A stretch of DNA of 64,000 nt from NCBI GenBank assembly GCA_973851085.1, contig OZ316775.1, forward strand, positions 18,228,001 through 18,292,000, read 5' to 3'. Shown one piece after another: positions 1 through 13,750 of this stretch (positions are counted from its first letter, which is position 1; each line of letters opens with the position of its first letter). The notes below the pieces were generated by a model. It saw nothing but the letters and a program-made list of their open reading frames with translations. It was not told where the DNA came from and searched no databases. A program made the position numbers and the translations under genes. Origin of the DNA: Ptychomitrium polyphyllum (Eukaryota).

Positions 1-152
1 AAGTGAACTCTATTTTGGTGAACCTGAGCAAAAGATTGTCCTCGAAGACCTTGTTTGCTCAACTTTATATTGTTGTTGGAAGTGAAGGTGAGAGTAGTCC
101 CACATGTGTGATACAAAACTCGGCCCTGCGGAGCAATTCCAGTAGTCCAACC

Positions 153-2628
153 ATGTCCACAATTTCCAAGGCGTCCAGTGACTCAGGCAGGAAGTCACGT
201 AACCTGGAAGGAAGATCATGCAGTGCGAGTACGAAGTTTGCGATGATTGCGTCGTCCCCAGAACATGATAAGGAATTCGCTGCTGGTGCGTCCCCTGCAT
301 CGGAGCCCTACAAGGTGATTTCTTTCAAGCTCAAATTTGTTTTGAACACAATCTCTTAGGTCAGAAACTGACCCCTCTAGTTGCACGTGCAATATGCTCA
401 TCAATGTTTTGCCAACAAATACAATCTTTCTTGCTCCAATTTGGTCAGTAACTGTATTCTTTGGTCCTGGTGGGCTCTAACGTTGGCTGTAATCCATGAC
501 GACTACATGATCTCAGATTGGGAATGTTCGCGGGGTAAAAAGGCTTGGCAACAACACTTCTGGAAGGTCGGGACTGAAAGGTAAAGCCCAGAGCTACTTG
601 CTTGTGTCTGTATGTTTTCAGTCTACGTACTATTGAACGTTGAAATGTTTGTATTACGTTGTTAAGACCGTGGTTGTATTACAGCTAGACGCATTCATAG
701 ATGTTAGTGGCAGATCCTATGTCTTTCATAGAAATCTGCCTCAAACTAATCTATGCTGTATCAAGTTTAAGATAACTCAGATCTTGCAATTGTCATCCAG
801 ACCCGCCACTTCGGCGATTAGAGAATGATTCCAGCTGCACGAAAGACAATGGTTGGACAATTTCACTTGACGATTCAAGAGGGGACGTGAAAGAAGCCGA
901 GACTCCCCCTTTCAAGTCCATTCAGTGCGCAGTGGCAGACAAAACCCTCGAAGCAGCAAAGCATAAGAAAAGCCCCGGCAGTATATCGCGGCCTTCCTCA
1001 CAATCCGCCAGCATCATGCATAAGTCCCCAGGCATCTTCAGCTTCAACGCAACCTACGTGTCGAGAGCCGACTCCGACCTAGACGATTTCGACCAAATCC
1101 TTGTGGACACCCCAAAAGAAATCATCGACCTCTCGCGCAGGACGTTCATGACGCCGCTCCTGAAACCCACTCCCTCAAAGTGGGACGATGCAGAGAAGTG
1201 GTTGCCGGGAAGTGAAGCCCTAAATCCTGCTAGAGCAAAATCCAGGAGTGGCCCTCTGTTGGTCCAGATGGTGACGAGTCAAGCTGGTTTGTCAATCCCA
1301 TGGAAAGGTCATCTCTTTGGGCAAGTTAGGGAATCGGGGTTAGGGCAGCGCGTTGAAGCTGAAGAAATGGACGGAGAACCTGTTGTGAAGAGCGTGGCCA
1401 CTTCGATTGTTAACTCTAAATTGGTAACAGATGTGATTGATTTCACAGCTGACGAGAAGGAGCACTTGAACTTGTTGCTTGACCGATACTCGGTGGAGAG
1501 AGGTGAGGTGCTCAGCGATGGAAGCTTGTCCCCATCTTGTACGAATGGTAGCTTCATGAAACTGGGTTCAAGAATGGAGAAACCCTTCGTGCTAAAATCC
1601 TCACCTGAAACTCGGGATATGGGTACTGCAATGACGCCAATTCCATCGCTGGAGCCTTCTCGAACCGGCACCCCTCTGAGAGCAACCACTCCTGAGAAGA
1701 GTCCAGATGACATCGAAGGACGATCTTTTGAGGGTTCTAAGATGATCGTTAGTTGCGACAACGATGCAGATAGCGGAACGAGCAAAAATGAAGCTGCAGA
1801 GTCTCCAAGGGCGCTGACTGAGAAGGAGTTGCAGGAGAAGACCAGACAGGAGATTGTGGCTCTGGGGACGCAGCTGGGAAAAGCTAACATTGCAGCGGCT
1901 TGGGCTGCAAGGGATGCCAAGGAATCTGCAATTATCAAGAAAACTAGTAAGGCTACACTTGACTTGGAAAACATTCGCAAAGACGCGTGTGCCTCGAGAG
2001 CTGATGCTTGGAAGGAAGTTCAGAAGGCCAATTACTCATCGAGGTATTGCTCGGCTAACAAAAAGTTAACATCCTATGTACGTCCTCAATAGGTCTGCAG
2101 TGTTTTGGTTTAAGAGTTGCTTTCATTTCCATATCAAGAGCATATTAAGCAAGAATTACGAAAAAACATTTATGTCAGCTGATCTAGCCTAACTGTATTG
2201 GACGTTAATCATTAGGTTCCAGCAGGAGGAAGCTAAGATTCAGGCATGGGAAGAACATGAGAAGGTCAAGGCAGAAGCTGAAATGCGCAGAGTAGAGGTG
2301 ACTTGATTCATCTCTAAACTCGAGCATTGTGTGTGAAATACTTATTGTCACCGTTGAACTTATTTGATTCAATAAGTTCGTTTCTTGCACTGACTCACTA
2401 AGTGAATCGGATCATACCTTGCAGGCCAAGGTAGAGCGGATGAAGGCGCAGGCTCATGAGAAATTGGTCAACAAGCTGGCCAATGCGAGGCGCCAAGCTG
2501 AGGAACTTAGACTAGCAGCTGAGTCAAGGCGGGCTCAAGCTGCTGCCAAGGCAGCCAGGAAAGCTGAACTTATGAAAAATTATGGCAAAATCACAAACCT
2601 CTTGTTCTTGTCGTTTCTATGTACGTAG
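153..2628 (+). CDS. Remorin family protein (long N-terminal region, group-6-like); exons about 153-314, 517-580, 801-2043, 2216-2297, 2425-2628
   Basis: Contains PTPSKWDDAEKWL and TRDMGTAMTPIPSLEPSRTGTPLRATTP motifs plus the Remorin_C coiled coil (RFQQEEAKIQAWEEHEKVKAEAEMRRVE|AKVERMKAQAHEKLVNKLANARRQAEE). GT-AG junctions keep the frame. The first two exons and the start are less certain. Confidence 0.9.
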
Positions 2629-3785
2629 CATAATAAAAAGGAGGCTCGATCATAATCTTGCCTCTTGGATCAGAGTAATTTGAGAGATGTGACGAAACAG
2701 CTACTCATTGCACACGGCAAACATTGACAGTTCCGTCCTCGAATTGGCCGTTTTCGAGATTTATAATCGCCTCCTTACTGCACGTTCACCGCCGAGTCCA
2801 ATTTTGAGGCAGCTCCGTACTGTTTTCATTGGCATTATGTCCAGTAATAACCTTGAGCCGCGGAGGTTATCTAGTTCATTATTACCTTAATGCTAAGGAA
2901 AGGCACGTTTTTTAACACCCAATTTCTGTTCCTAGCTGTACGCATTGATGAGTCCACAGTGCCACATGTCTCTCTCTGTGTTACACGCAATTTGAAGATG
3001 ATGTTGTCAATCGAAAGCAGTTGAACACTTGGGCCAGATCTGGAAAGGTGCTACTCTGAGGCACTTGTGGAGACCATGAGTTTTAGAGGACACCCCCTTT
3101 CACTTAACTAGGTCAATTACATACTCATTGTTTGGCAACTTCTGGGGCTGCCTTTTCGTGTCAAGCTTCACTGTCTGGACACGACCGCCTTGTCTGATCA
3201 AGGGCTCTCTTTTATGTCTGGATGCATACGGCTATATGTTTAGGAGCTTGCTACTCGGAGATGAATTTCACATGCTTGCTATGAATCTTGTTGCCAGCAT
3301 GTGAGTGAGGCTCTTAGAACATGCAAAACGACCTGAATGTAATAATGGCCAATATATCAGAGCTCCAAGAACACTCTAGTCTAATGCGACATTGCATTAG
3401 TTCGCTAACCCAGTTAGGCTTCTCTAATGAAATTGCTTCCTTTCCAAACTTTTCAATTTTCATTAGCCCTGAAAATGAAAATTTTGCATTTTGCATGAGT
3501 ACTTTATAATCTTTCTGTAATCTGATCAAGATGCCGGCATTCAACTGGTAATAATGATTAGCTATGTAGAACTCTCTAACGACGGATGATGAAAACCTGG
3601 GCAAACCCTTCGATTCTCAGGATTGGTGAGGGCTTTGTGCCTTGAGTTAGCGAACTCTTGTAACCATGGGTTGCTAGAAATGACATGCCAACTTCCCTGT
3701 AGTATACCAGTGTAGATCTACTGTTCTCAGTATTAGGCTTCATCAAACTCTTGAAGATAGATAGATATATCCACGCGATCAGAAA

Positions 3786-4509
3786 ATGGCAACTTTCAGG
3801 AGAAGCCGGCCACGTAGAAATCGCAGGATGAGAAGAAGAGGCAGGTTCCGTAGAAGAGGACAATTTGCCCGGCGTAAGGGTCAAAGGTTGACTCCGGCCC
3901 AGAAAGCGAAACTGCTCCACGCCACAATCAGGTGAATCTGAGTTCATTGCTTCATTTATAGCTGAGTCATTAGTCATTGTTCTTGCCTCTTGGCTTTCAT
4001 AGAAATGTCTTGCAAATAGCTGGCAAAACATTCTTCACTAGGTGGAGCACCTTAGATTGCATTCCCCCTTGGGATGTGGAGAAACAAACCGTTTTTCCAT
4101 AAGCTATTTCTACTGCAATCTCATACCTGTTCCATGAGAGAAGATGGTGTCGGTTGTTTCCTTTGATGCTAGACGATAATCTGAACTCCTGTATCACATG
4201 GTTATGTTGTGAAACAGGCGTAGAGAACGAGAACTTCTCCTAAGAGAAAGGAAGCGTGCACGGCTGCAAGAGCACCGTGCAAAAGTGGCGGCAAGGCGCG
4301 AGAAGCTGATGGAATTGGCTCGGCTGAAACGGATGAAGGAGCTGGACAGGAGACGTGAGATACGCCAGCGAATACGAGCACGAAAAGCCAAAGCTAGGGA
4401 GAAACAAGCTGCGATACTGAGAGAGAAAAGGGAGAAAGAGCTAGCCAAGAAACTTGTTCGTTACCGGCCTACAGAGTCTGATTCTAATGGGAAAGATTGG
4501 ATCTGCTAG
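3786..4509 (+). CDS. Small, very basic Arg-rich protein (145 aa): protamine-like N-terminus plus E/R/K-rich helical region; exons 3786-3931 and 4218-4509
   Basis: ATG at 3786 follows an in-frame TAG at 3762. Exon 1 reads MATFRRSRPRRNRRMRRRGRFRRRGQFARRKGQRLTPAQKAKLLHATI. A phase-2 GT-AG intron (AG|gtgaat...aacag|G) joins it in frame to RRERELLLRERKRARLQEHRAKVAARREKLMELARLKR...DWIC* at 4509. Confidence 0.7.
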
Positions 4510-7500
4510 CCCATGATGCTATTTGACAGAAGAAAACTCCAGCCTCTCTGGACACCAAGAATCACTTCTTTCGAAATCTCCGTTTCAGAAAACACGTGGA
4601 GGCAGTGGTTCATATTACAAATCCGTCCGGCAACGGTCACGGCAATCACAATGAATTCTAGTATGCAGAAAGATGTTGCAGTACTTCTGAGCTGCATCAA
4701 TTGAGCATTTCTTGTTGTCATGGCTCTAGGAGTGCTTCACTTGGAGATTAGAACCATGGAGATGGTGTCTGCAACTATTTTCCAGACCAGTGTTTGTATC
4801 TTTGTGCAGAGTATGCAAAGTATCTTTGCTTTATATTTAGTACGTGCTTGCAAGTTATTGTGGCAATCAACGGGCACGATTTTTAATAATGATGTAGCTG
4901 CTTTAGGGGAACCCATACAATCTTGACACTGTAGTCTTAAAATCTTACTTGGGTGCCTGTGTAACATTTCAAAATTTGCTTTGAAGGTAGCCTTCCATTC
5001 AGGAATCATTGGGAAGAATTTTTTTTAAATGAAGTTTGAGTTTGCTAAACCAGTTACTAAAAAATAAGTTCTTCTTTAACCTACAATCAATGTGAAAAAC
5101 TTGAATTTGTTTTTGAGCATGATTTCATAAGAGAAGACAAATAACATTGTGCATGACAAAAAATATGGTGATTCTTGTGTATGACAAAAAGTTAACATTA
5201 CAATCGATTCAAGAATATTATGTATGCTTAGTACAATTGAGCTTAGATAGAATATTAATTTAAACTTCAAAATTTAGAATTTTTATAAGGAGGTATTATC
5301 ATACAACTTTCAAAAGAGAAATATTTGGAGTATTTAAAACTACTAACGGTCCTTTTACATAATTAGTTTTTTATTGTGGCACCAATGTAACATAGGAAAA
5401 AAAAGCTTTCACATAATAAAATTTAAAAAATTGAATAAGCAATGATGACTTATAGACACTTTTGAGATTTGGATTTTGTTTTTGGAAAACCATATGATAA
5501 ATAAATTGTTGGCAATAACGAGCAAATATTGGACTTTAGGACAAAAGTACCTTGAACTTTTAAAGTTTGTAATCCAATAACTAAGTGGTTATGAAAATTT
5601 GAAAAATCTTACAAAATGTAGGCATTTCATCATTGTAACAACTTCAACAAATGATAAACAAGGCATCAATCCTAAAAGGACCATGCATTTAATATCAAAT
5701 AGCATTTGTTCAAATTTAATTTCAACGTCAATTAAATCAAGCTAAAATAATTAAGTCTAACAAATCTAATTTTTTATTCCACTTAATCAAATTTTCATCT
5801 ATGAAACTAACATCATTGTTTAAATTATATCACCTAATTCATTATTATAATATGAACATACAACCAGAAATTTAGATCATTTAGAGTGCTTTTCAAACTT
5901 ACATGACTTTTCAATCAAAGTTCAAGTATATTTAATGTTATGTATGATAATTTAGAAAATTTGAGAACTTGTAAACAACATGCCTTTGCCAAAGGAAATT
6001 TTGGTTAAGTAATCTTTTAAAAAAAACATGTGATTCTGCATATACATTAGAGTCAGGATTGACTGTTCTAATAAAGGATCAGTCTTGTAGGGTTATGGAA
6101 GATGGGAAGCAGGAAGCTTGGAGTCAAGAGGGGAGGGAGAGGGGGAGGGGGGAGATGGTGGAGGGAAGTAAAAGAAATAGAAAACTTTGAAAATACTAGG
6201 GGGACGTGTAGAAAGGTACTGGTCAGCAAGAGCAGCGCAGTTCCCGACCAATTTTTAGTGTTGCAATATTTAGAATACGTTGCCCCTCTGGGTATCCTAA
6301 ACTGCGCGTTCCCGGGGGGCCACCTTGCACTGCGCTACTTGTGTTCCCAGTGCATGTTCTCAATTTCTAGTAAGTGGCGAGCGTTGGAGCAACTTAGGGT
6401 ACTCCTAATTTGGGCCTAACTTGGCTAAAGCTATATTGGCTGTCAGTTCATATCATCATGTGTTGTGGTCATTTATTTTAGGTTACAACTTATATTCTGA
6501 TCTCACCAATGGCCCACAGGCTTCAAAAGTTCGGTCATGAAGGAACAGTACTGTTATGCATCATGGTGTTGTGCCCAAAATTCAAGGTCTGCACACATGC
6601 TCCACTAGTACAGTCCGGGGACCCTGTGCAAAATACTTTTAGTGAAGATGTAGATGGTTTTTCTGTCCTGAATTTGCTATAGCAACACAGAGGTGACTAT
6701 GTGAAAATTTGGCAACAAAACTTCACAATTAAATCTGCATAATTCCAGCTGTTCAGGGGTTCAGGGTTATTCCTACTACAGTTATCAGTCAAGTCCGCTC
6801 TAAAGAGAAAACTTTTGCTCAGCATTCTTTAGAACCACAAAATCAAATAAAATGTGATTTAGACTGTGTTTTGATGGATCGGTGAGGAATTTTGTAATGT
6901 TGCGGCATGGTCAATAAGTTTCAAACTTTGGACCTTGTTGTAGCTAGCCAAGTTTTTCCAAGCAAATGTTTTGTTTACTTCAAGTACTCAAAGTTCCTCC
7001 AATCATTATTCCAAATCAAAAGTATTGATGTTTCTATTCTAAATCGGCAATGAATGTTATTTGTAGGAAAACCACACTCTAGAACACAAGGTCATGGAAG
7101 TCTATTCAATGAATTTTTTTCTATGTTATTGGAGTAGGGCATTATACAATCCATTGCAAAAAATAAGCGAATCTATACATTCCATCATTCCTTAAGAGGC
7201 TTCTTACACTCATTACAATGATAACCAACCACCAAATTTTATAGTGGTGTTATAAACGTGGTCTACAAAAACTCAACAAAATAAAAAATAAAAAATTATT
7301 TATTACATATTAAAATCAAAACTTGGCCTTGACTTGAATTACAATATTGATACAAAAATAGACAACCATATCCTATTTTTGTAGCATCATGATGGTTTTT
7401 ATTGTCAATTCTATAAATAAAAAATTAATTTATGGAAGTTTTTGTGTTGTTGATATAAAGTTTTTCAAAACTAGGCATTAAAGTTGATATATTGGCGTTA

Positions 7501-10500
7501 TTTCAACAATTTTGTATTATTTTTCAATGCATCAAATGTGGCATAAGGAAATTTTACACACAACTAGTGTTATATGCAAAATATAGTGGTTGGCAAATTA
7601 TTGAAATGAATATGAAAAATATTATAGAAAACAATAGAATGTATAGTTTTTAATTTAGTGCAAGGAATTGCAAAGTATATATGATCCTTGCATTTAAGGT
7701 GATAATGACTATAATAAGCATATTAATGTGACTAGGTAGGTAGTTTGACCAATATTTTTCTCTTTGTATATTTTTTTAAATTTAATTTTAAATTTTTGGT
7801 GACTAATTGTTACATAACCATAATAAACTATTGGATTAAAATTTTAGTTTTCTAAATTACAAAATTATTGCTTCAAAAGTCAATTAATAACATAAGCTAA
7901 AGTATAAGTAATTTATTTATGCTATTCAATACTGTCTTCAAGCTTTAATATTTATAACTTTTCAAATGAAATGGATTCTAAAAAACCATGACTTTCAATA
8001 TGAAAAAGTATATAATTTAAATATAAAATAATGTTATCAAATGATTTTTGTAAGGCTCTTGTGATTTAAAGTATTTTATTTTATATTTGCCAGGTTATTT
8101 TAAGAGTTTTGCACTTGGAAATTCTTAAAGTATTCAAAAACTAGAAGAATCTAAAGAAGGTGCATAATTTGCTTTAGAATCAACAAAAAAGCTCATCATG
8201 TTTTTGAGTTTCTTTCAAAATTTATGGTTTGCTTAAATGAAGAAGCATAAAAGATATATGGGAATTTTTTGTATTGGATCTTTTAAAGATTGTAACTTAT
8301 CTTGTCATGTAAAAGATTGGATAAGTAAAAAAATTCAACCCAAAATATGAAAGTTTAGGCAAAAGAAGGCCCATGAAAGAAAGAGAAAGGTATAAAAATA
8401 AGTGAAATAGGGAAATTTCTCTTATTTGGACTAACGTTTGGGTCGTCATTCCAAGAACACTCCTAAGAATGGTCAATCATAAAAACCTATCCCACAATAG
8501 TGGTTGACATGCTTCACCCATGGGCAAGGGAACAAGATATAAAACGGAATGGAAAAACTTTGTTGGGAAGCGGCCCTATAAATCAATGCTCTAGCTCATT
8601 GATGCTTGCCATCGTTTGGTCAGTTCTTTTTTTAAATCATTCTGACTCACAGAAACAGGCATAGGCGAGGTGCTTATCTTTTACAGTTTGTATCATATCC
8701 TAATCTTACCAATCTATTCTCTTGACCTTTTCGTTCCTCACCAAACTGCCATAAATGAGCCAGGTTTCCTTTCTAGGTCGATCCTCACCTTGCCAAACCA
8801 GACCTCTTGCACATGCTGAGTGGCACATTAATACACAAGCTAGAAGGAAAACAAACTAGACCAGGACATAATAAGTGAATCATCTACCTTTGAACATTAC
8901 ATCTGTTGAAAAAACATTACCAATAAACCTCTGGTATATGAAACCGCATACAAAATACCATACTTGTACTTGACGATGGCAAAATCAAGCCTAATAGTTA
9001 GTTGAACAGAGTTATTCAGAAAAGTGCTTGACAGCCAAAGTATTCCTCATTTCCACCCACTTTGTAGGCTCAATTTCGTATTAATGTTCAATGATTTCTA
9101 AAGACTTCTGAAAATCTTCATTCCATCTCCCAAGTTATATAATTCCAATTTGTCAAAGGACGTTCTACTGAATATCGAACTTATTTTTGGATCTTGATTT
9201 CTACATGCATTAGACTGTTGTTACATGCATTCAATTTCGATTATTAAACTTTTCCAACATTTCAAGTCTAATGTGAATGTTGCCAACTAACAAAGAATGT
9301 TATATTAGCATATATCATCTATAGTGGTTGTTTCAGTGTTGTTTGTTCTTTCACAAGACGTTAAAATTTTATAAACTCAATAACAAGCCTTGCTTTAGAT
9401 AATAACTAATCTTAACACCTTTTGCCCACAACAACTATTTCCATAACAAGTTTACAAAAACTTACCTTCTTATATTGTCATTGAGTAATTACTATGGATT
9501 TTTAAGGTATTGATAAGTATCAAAAGCAAGTTATTCTTGTATTTTTTTCTATAAATTCATTACTTTTGTTTATAGCCTGTATATTTCGTTTCAATCCTTA
9601 TTGCCAAGGGGAAGGCGATACTGTAGCAAACCTTGTCAAATTTGGTGAAGCACAAACGTATTGGTCTAAACCATGTATGGAGTGAATATTGCACCATGTT
9701 AACATAGGATTTTCAGTGTCCATCTTTGTAGGACCAACTGATGTAAGATTCGTTCAAATACAGTCATTACTTTCTGAGTTGATAAGGTGTGATTGCTGAG
9801 GTAGGATGAAGTTCACAAACTGAAGCAGCAGCTGTTTTTCTACTTTGATTGTTCCTGTTCCATAATCAACAATTTCATTATGAATAAATACAGTGGCTTT
9901 TTTGCATAGTTGTACTTTGACCCTTCAACTCTTGATGTATCTGTTGCACAATATGCAGACAATGGCTTGTATGGCTCAAAGGTTGTACAGCTATTGTTGT
10001 TCAACAAGTTGTTAGAAGAAGGCCTATGCTTAATACAGAATAATGTTGTCAATCACCTTTTGGTGGTTTTAACAGAAGTTATAGTACAAGCTTGTTGCTT
10101 ATGTGATCTTCATACCACATTTAGAGACTCACATCTTCTAAATCCCTTTCTGCACGTAATGTCTATTGTAGTGATGAAATTTTCTTTGTTTCGGGTTGAT
10201 GATCTTGATTAGTGCTTCTTTTTTACCTTCCAATGCATTGACCACAAGGGAGGCAACCAAAGTTTTTGTTGCATCTTTGTTTCAACCCTAATCTACATTA
10301 AGTATCTTGAAACCTTATATAACCTTTAACAACTTCTATGAATGATAAGGAGATGTACCTTTCAAAAAAGTTTGTGTTAAATCTAGACTTTTCAATGAAT
10401 TTGGTTAGTCAAATTCATGGAAAAAATGCTCCCATTCTAATCGCAATAAGATTTCATATTTTGGACATGAGCGTCATTTGGCTAAGAACAATAATGTTCA

Positions 10501-13500
10501 AAATTTAAGCCATGTCTTTCTTGAAATTGTGAGGAAGAGAGGGTATCTCCGTGAATTTGACAATTTAAAATTAAGTGAAAATCATTTAACTTATATATTA
10601 AGGCAATTCAAAGGCCTTTGGTGTTACTTTAGGCTCTAGGTAATGGTCACTAAGACACTCAAAGTTAGTTGTTTTATACTAACATCTCAATTGTTTGTGG
10701 AAGTCTATATAATTGTGCAAATGTTCATTATTTGCATTGACTTTAAAGCTTCATTTTGCTTAATATTTAGACTCTTCTTTAGAAATATTAAAAAATACAA
10801 ATCCTGTATATTATTGTATTAAATTTTTATAGCAAAAAATTCCTCAAAGTTGACATTATCATCTTCAATAGCAAATGAAGACACATCTTATACCTCTTTC
10901 TTTATTTAAATAGTACAATAATGGAGTCAACATGTGATATAAAATTATCATCTAAAAATGATTTATGTTGGCTTTTTGTACATTGGTCTTCAAGACCATT
11001 AGGTTGATCTTCTTTTTTGTGCAAGAAGTCAAAATGATAATAATTTTGCAGCAATTTGTAGATATGTGAATAATTGCATCATCTTCAAATTAAATTATAT
11101 AAGCAATTTGTGCAAATGTAGATTTTATGTAAGCTTGTAGTGCTAGCTCTATTACTAATATTATGACTATTGCTAATATTGACATTAATAAACAACCACT
11201 ATTATTTTCATTATAATAAGCGAATAAAAAAAAGATCAATTACACTTTTGAGGAGCATCACAACAATGTTTGCATAGTTGAAATTAACATATCATATTAC
11301 TTTACTAGGCTTTAAAACACCCATATTTGTTATGATTAGTGTTACCTTTAAAGTAATAGTGTTGCTATTATTGCTAAGATAGAAACCAATTTCCAAAATC
11401 TCTCTACTAGACGATTTCAACTAAAGGAAGATGCATGGCTTTGCTGAATTCCTATGCTATTAGTACCTATTGATTTGCTCATTTATGACTTTCCTTCAAA
11501 TTGTTGCTACAACATCTTTGAAAATTGCTCCTATAACAAGGTATGTAAAAATGAGTGTATTATTGAATTAAAATAATTTTAAAGATGTACAAGTGGCTTT
11601 AAGTAAAGCTTAAATTAAAAATATATTATAGAAAATGATCATAAATTATTCATTACTTGCAATAATATATATCTTTGTTTTTGGGCAAACTACAATTTTG
11701 TATTTTATCATGCACATTTTCATTTCATCAATAATTATTGCTAATATATGTATATTCTTTTTCATTTGGCATAACCTCTAAGCATGTTCAAGAATGTTTT
11801 TTGATATTTTAAACAATTAAATATTTGAGGAGGCTTTTTACTTGATTTTTTTATTTGTTTTCATATAAACTTGTTGAATTTGAATTTTATTTAAATTTAA
11901 TAATTGTAATGAGAATTTGTTATTAACTCAAGGTGTTGTAAAGATTTGATGAATATTTTACATTAAGAATATTTGATTTTAGAATTTCTATACTTAAATT
12001 TTTTTGAATCAATTAATAAATAATTAACGTATTTTAAACAAAAAAATGCTTTCTATGTAGATTTTGTATCAATGTATTGCAAAAAAATGTTATGTAATTT
12101 TTAAACTGAAAGATATTCCATTAAATTTAAATTTCTAAAATGTTTTAAATTTTAATCAATCAAATTAAAAATCCTTTGAAGTATTAAATTAACATATAAT
12201 ACTACTATATTTATCTAAATGGTTTCAAACTTAATACATATTCTACAACAAGTCTAATAATCAAAATTTTAATATTTAATTGTCCTTTAAACTTATGATG
12301 ATGTAAAAGCAATTATTTTCTTGCACAAATTTTTAAAATAATTTGGATAAATATATTCTACTAATTATGTTACATATACGATATTAAAATTTTAAATAAA
12401 GTTTTTTTTCTTTAATTTATTTAAACAGGATGAAAAATGTAAATAAGCTTAATTAAATAAAAATATACAATATTGAACTTAAGTTCTAACAACATTTGTT
12501 CAAATTTTACATTTTGGTGTTAAATTGCATTTATTTGATACCAAAATTTTGAAATAAAATGAATTTCAATATGAAATGCAACATGGCTTTTATTTAATTA
12601 TTACAAATTTTATTAATATAATAAGCATAGAAGGCCAACCATCTTAAATTTTTTTTTCTTATTTAATAAAGAAGAAAATATTAGCAATTGAATTATTAAC
12701 ATATTTTTTTCTTATAGATATTGATTTTTTATAAGTATAATTAATTATTTGAAGTAAGCTCATAAATACAAGATTATTTCCCTTCTTAGTAAATTCGTAG
12801 ATTTAATCATAATTTAGGAATATTCAAAAAAATTAATATCAATTCATTGATAATTTTAGGTACCTAATATTTTGTTTTTGACATTTTAGATGATAAAAAA
12901 TTTGAAGAGCCATTTTTCTTACGTGTAATTTTTTTATTTACAAAAAAATATTGAATTGAAATCTAAATTAATAATAGTTACTTTATAAGCATTTTGAACC
13001 ATATGAAAGGTGTTGTAATAATTTGGCAAGCAATTTACTAGAAAAAGATTTATTTTTGAATGCCCTTTGCTTAATGAAATTCTTTCCTTTATTTGACATT
13101 ATAAGGCCATTTTGAATATATTGGTTTCCATCAATGAATTATTTTTGGTATGAAAATGATTTCAATATGAAATTGAAGAGCTTTTTAGTTTAAAATTTAT
13201 TTTATTAGAATATAAAGAATGATAGAATGTCAACCATAAAATGTCACATATTGAAATTTAGAACCATTTATTGATATTAAAACATTGTGATCTTTCAACT
13301 TCAGAAATTTAAAAGTTGTGAAACCAAAAAATAAAAGAACATTCTTTAACAACAATGGTAGTTATTTTGGAAAAGTCAAGGCTCAGTAATTTCGAAGACT
13401 CTAGATTTAAAACATTCATGATTTATTATGTAGTGTTTGTAAGATAAACTTTAAAGTGTGTTGGAATTCTTTTTTCGTCTGGATATGATCACTTAAGAAA

Positions 13501-13687
13501 TGATTTTATTGACAGTAACCACGTTCAATATACCTCAAAGTCACGGTTGTGGGTGTACTTACCTGGCGTGTGACCTGGCACCCACTCCAACTGCTAGAGA
13601 ATTTCGAGTGGAGAAAACACATACAAACACATGGATACTATAGCGTAAATCGACGAACATGGAGCGCGGGGATGGGGACCGACAATA

Positions 13688-13750
13688 GTGGGGCCCGGGC
13701 CACCCACCCGTGCATGGAGCCACGGGAGCCGTTATGGCGATTTGAACGGC
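13688..13750 (+). promoter_or_regulatory. Candidate cell-cycle promoter cassette of the kinesin-4 gene (TCP-like site, two MSA-core AACGG motifs, TTTGAA)
   Basis: GTGGGGCCC at 13688, CCGTT at 13729-13733, and TTTGAACGG at 13741-13749. They sit just inside the AT-rich to GC-rich transition upstream of the gene. Confidence 0.4.

Noticed and set aside
1309..1980. 223-aa minus-strand ORF
   Set aside because: Antisense shadow of the remorin exon, with no recognisable motifs.
3576..4448. Minus-strand ORFs 3576-4031 and 4194-4448
   Set aside because: Ser/Leu/Phe-rich mirror images of the purine-rich + strand Arg-rich gene. The splice signals support the + strand.
6102..6900. G-rich run (6129-6164), 105-aa ORF and CACTAGT at 6603 as a possible transposon end or G-quadruplex
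   Set aside because: No matching terminal repeat, target-site duplication or transposase found. The ORF is low-complexity.
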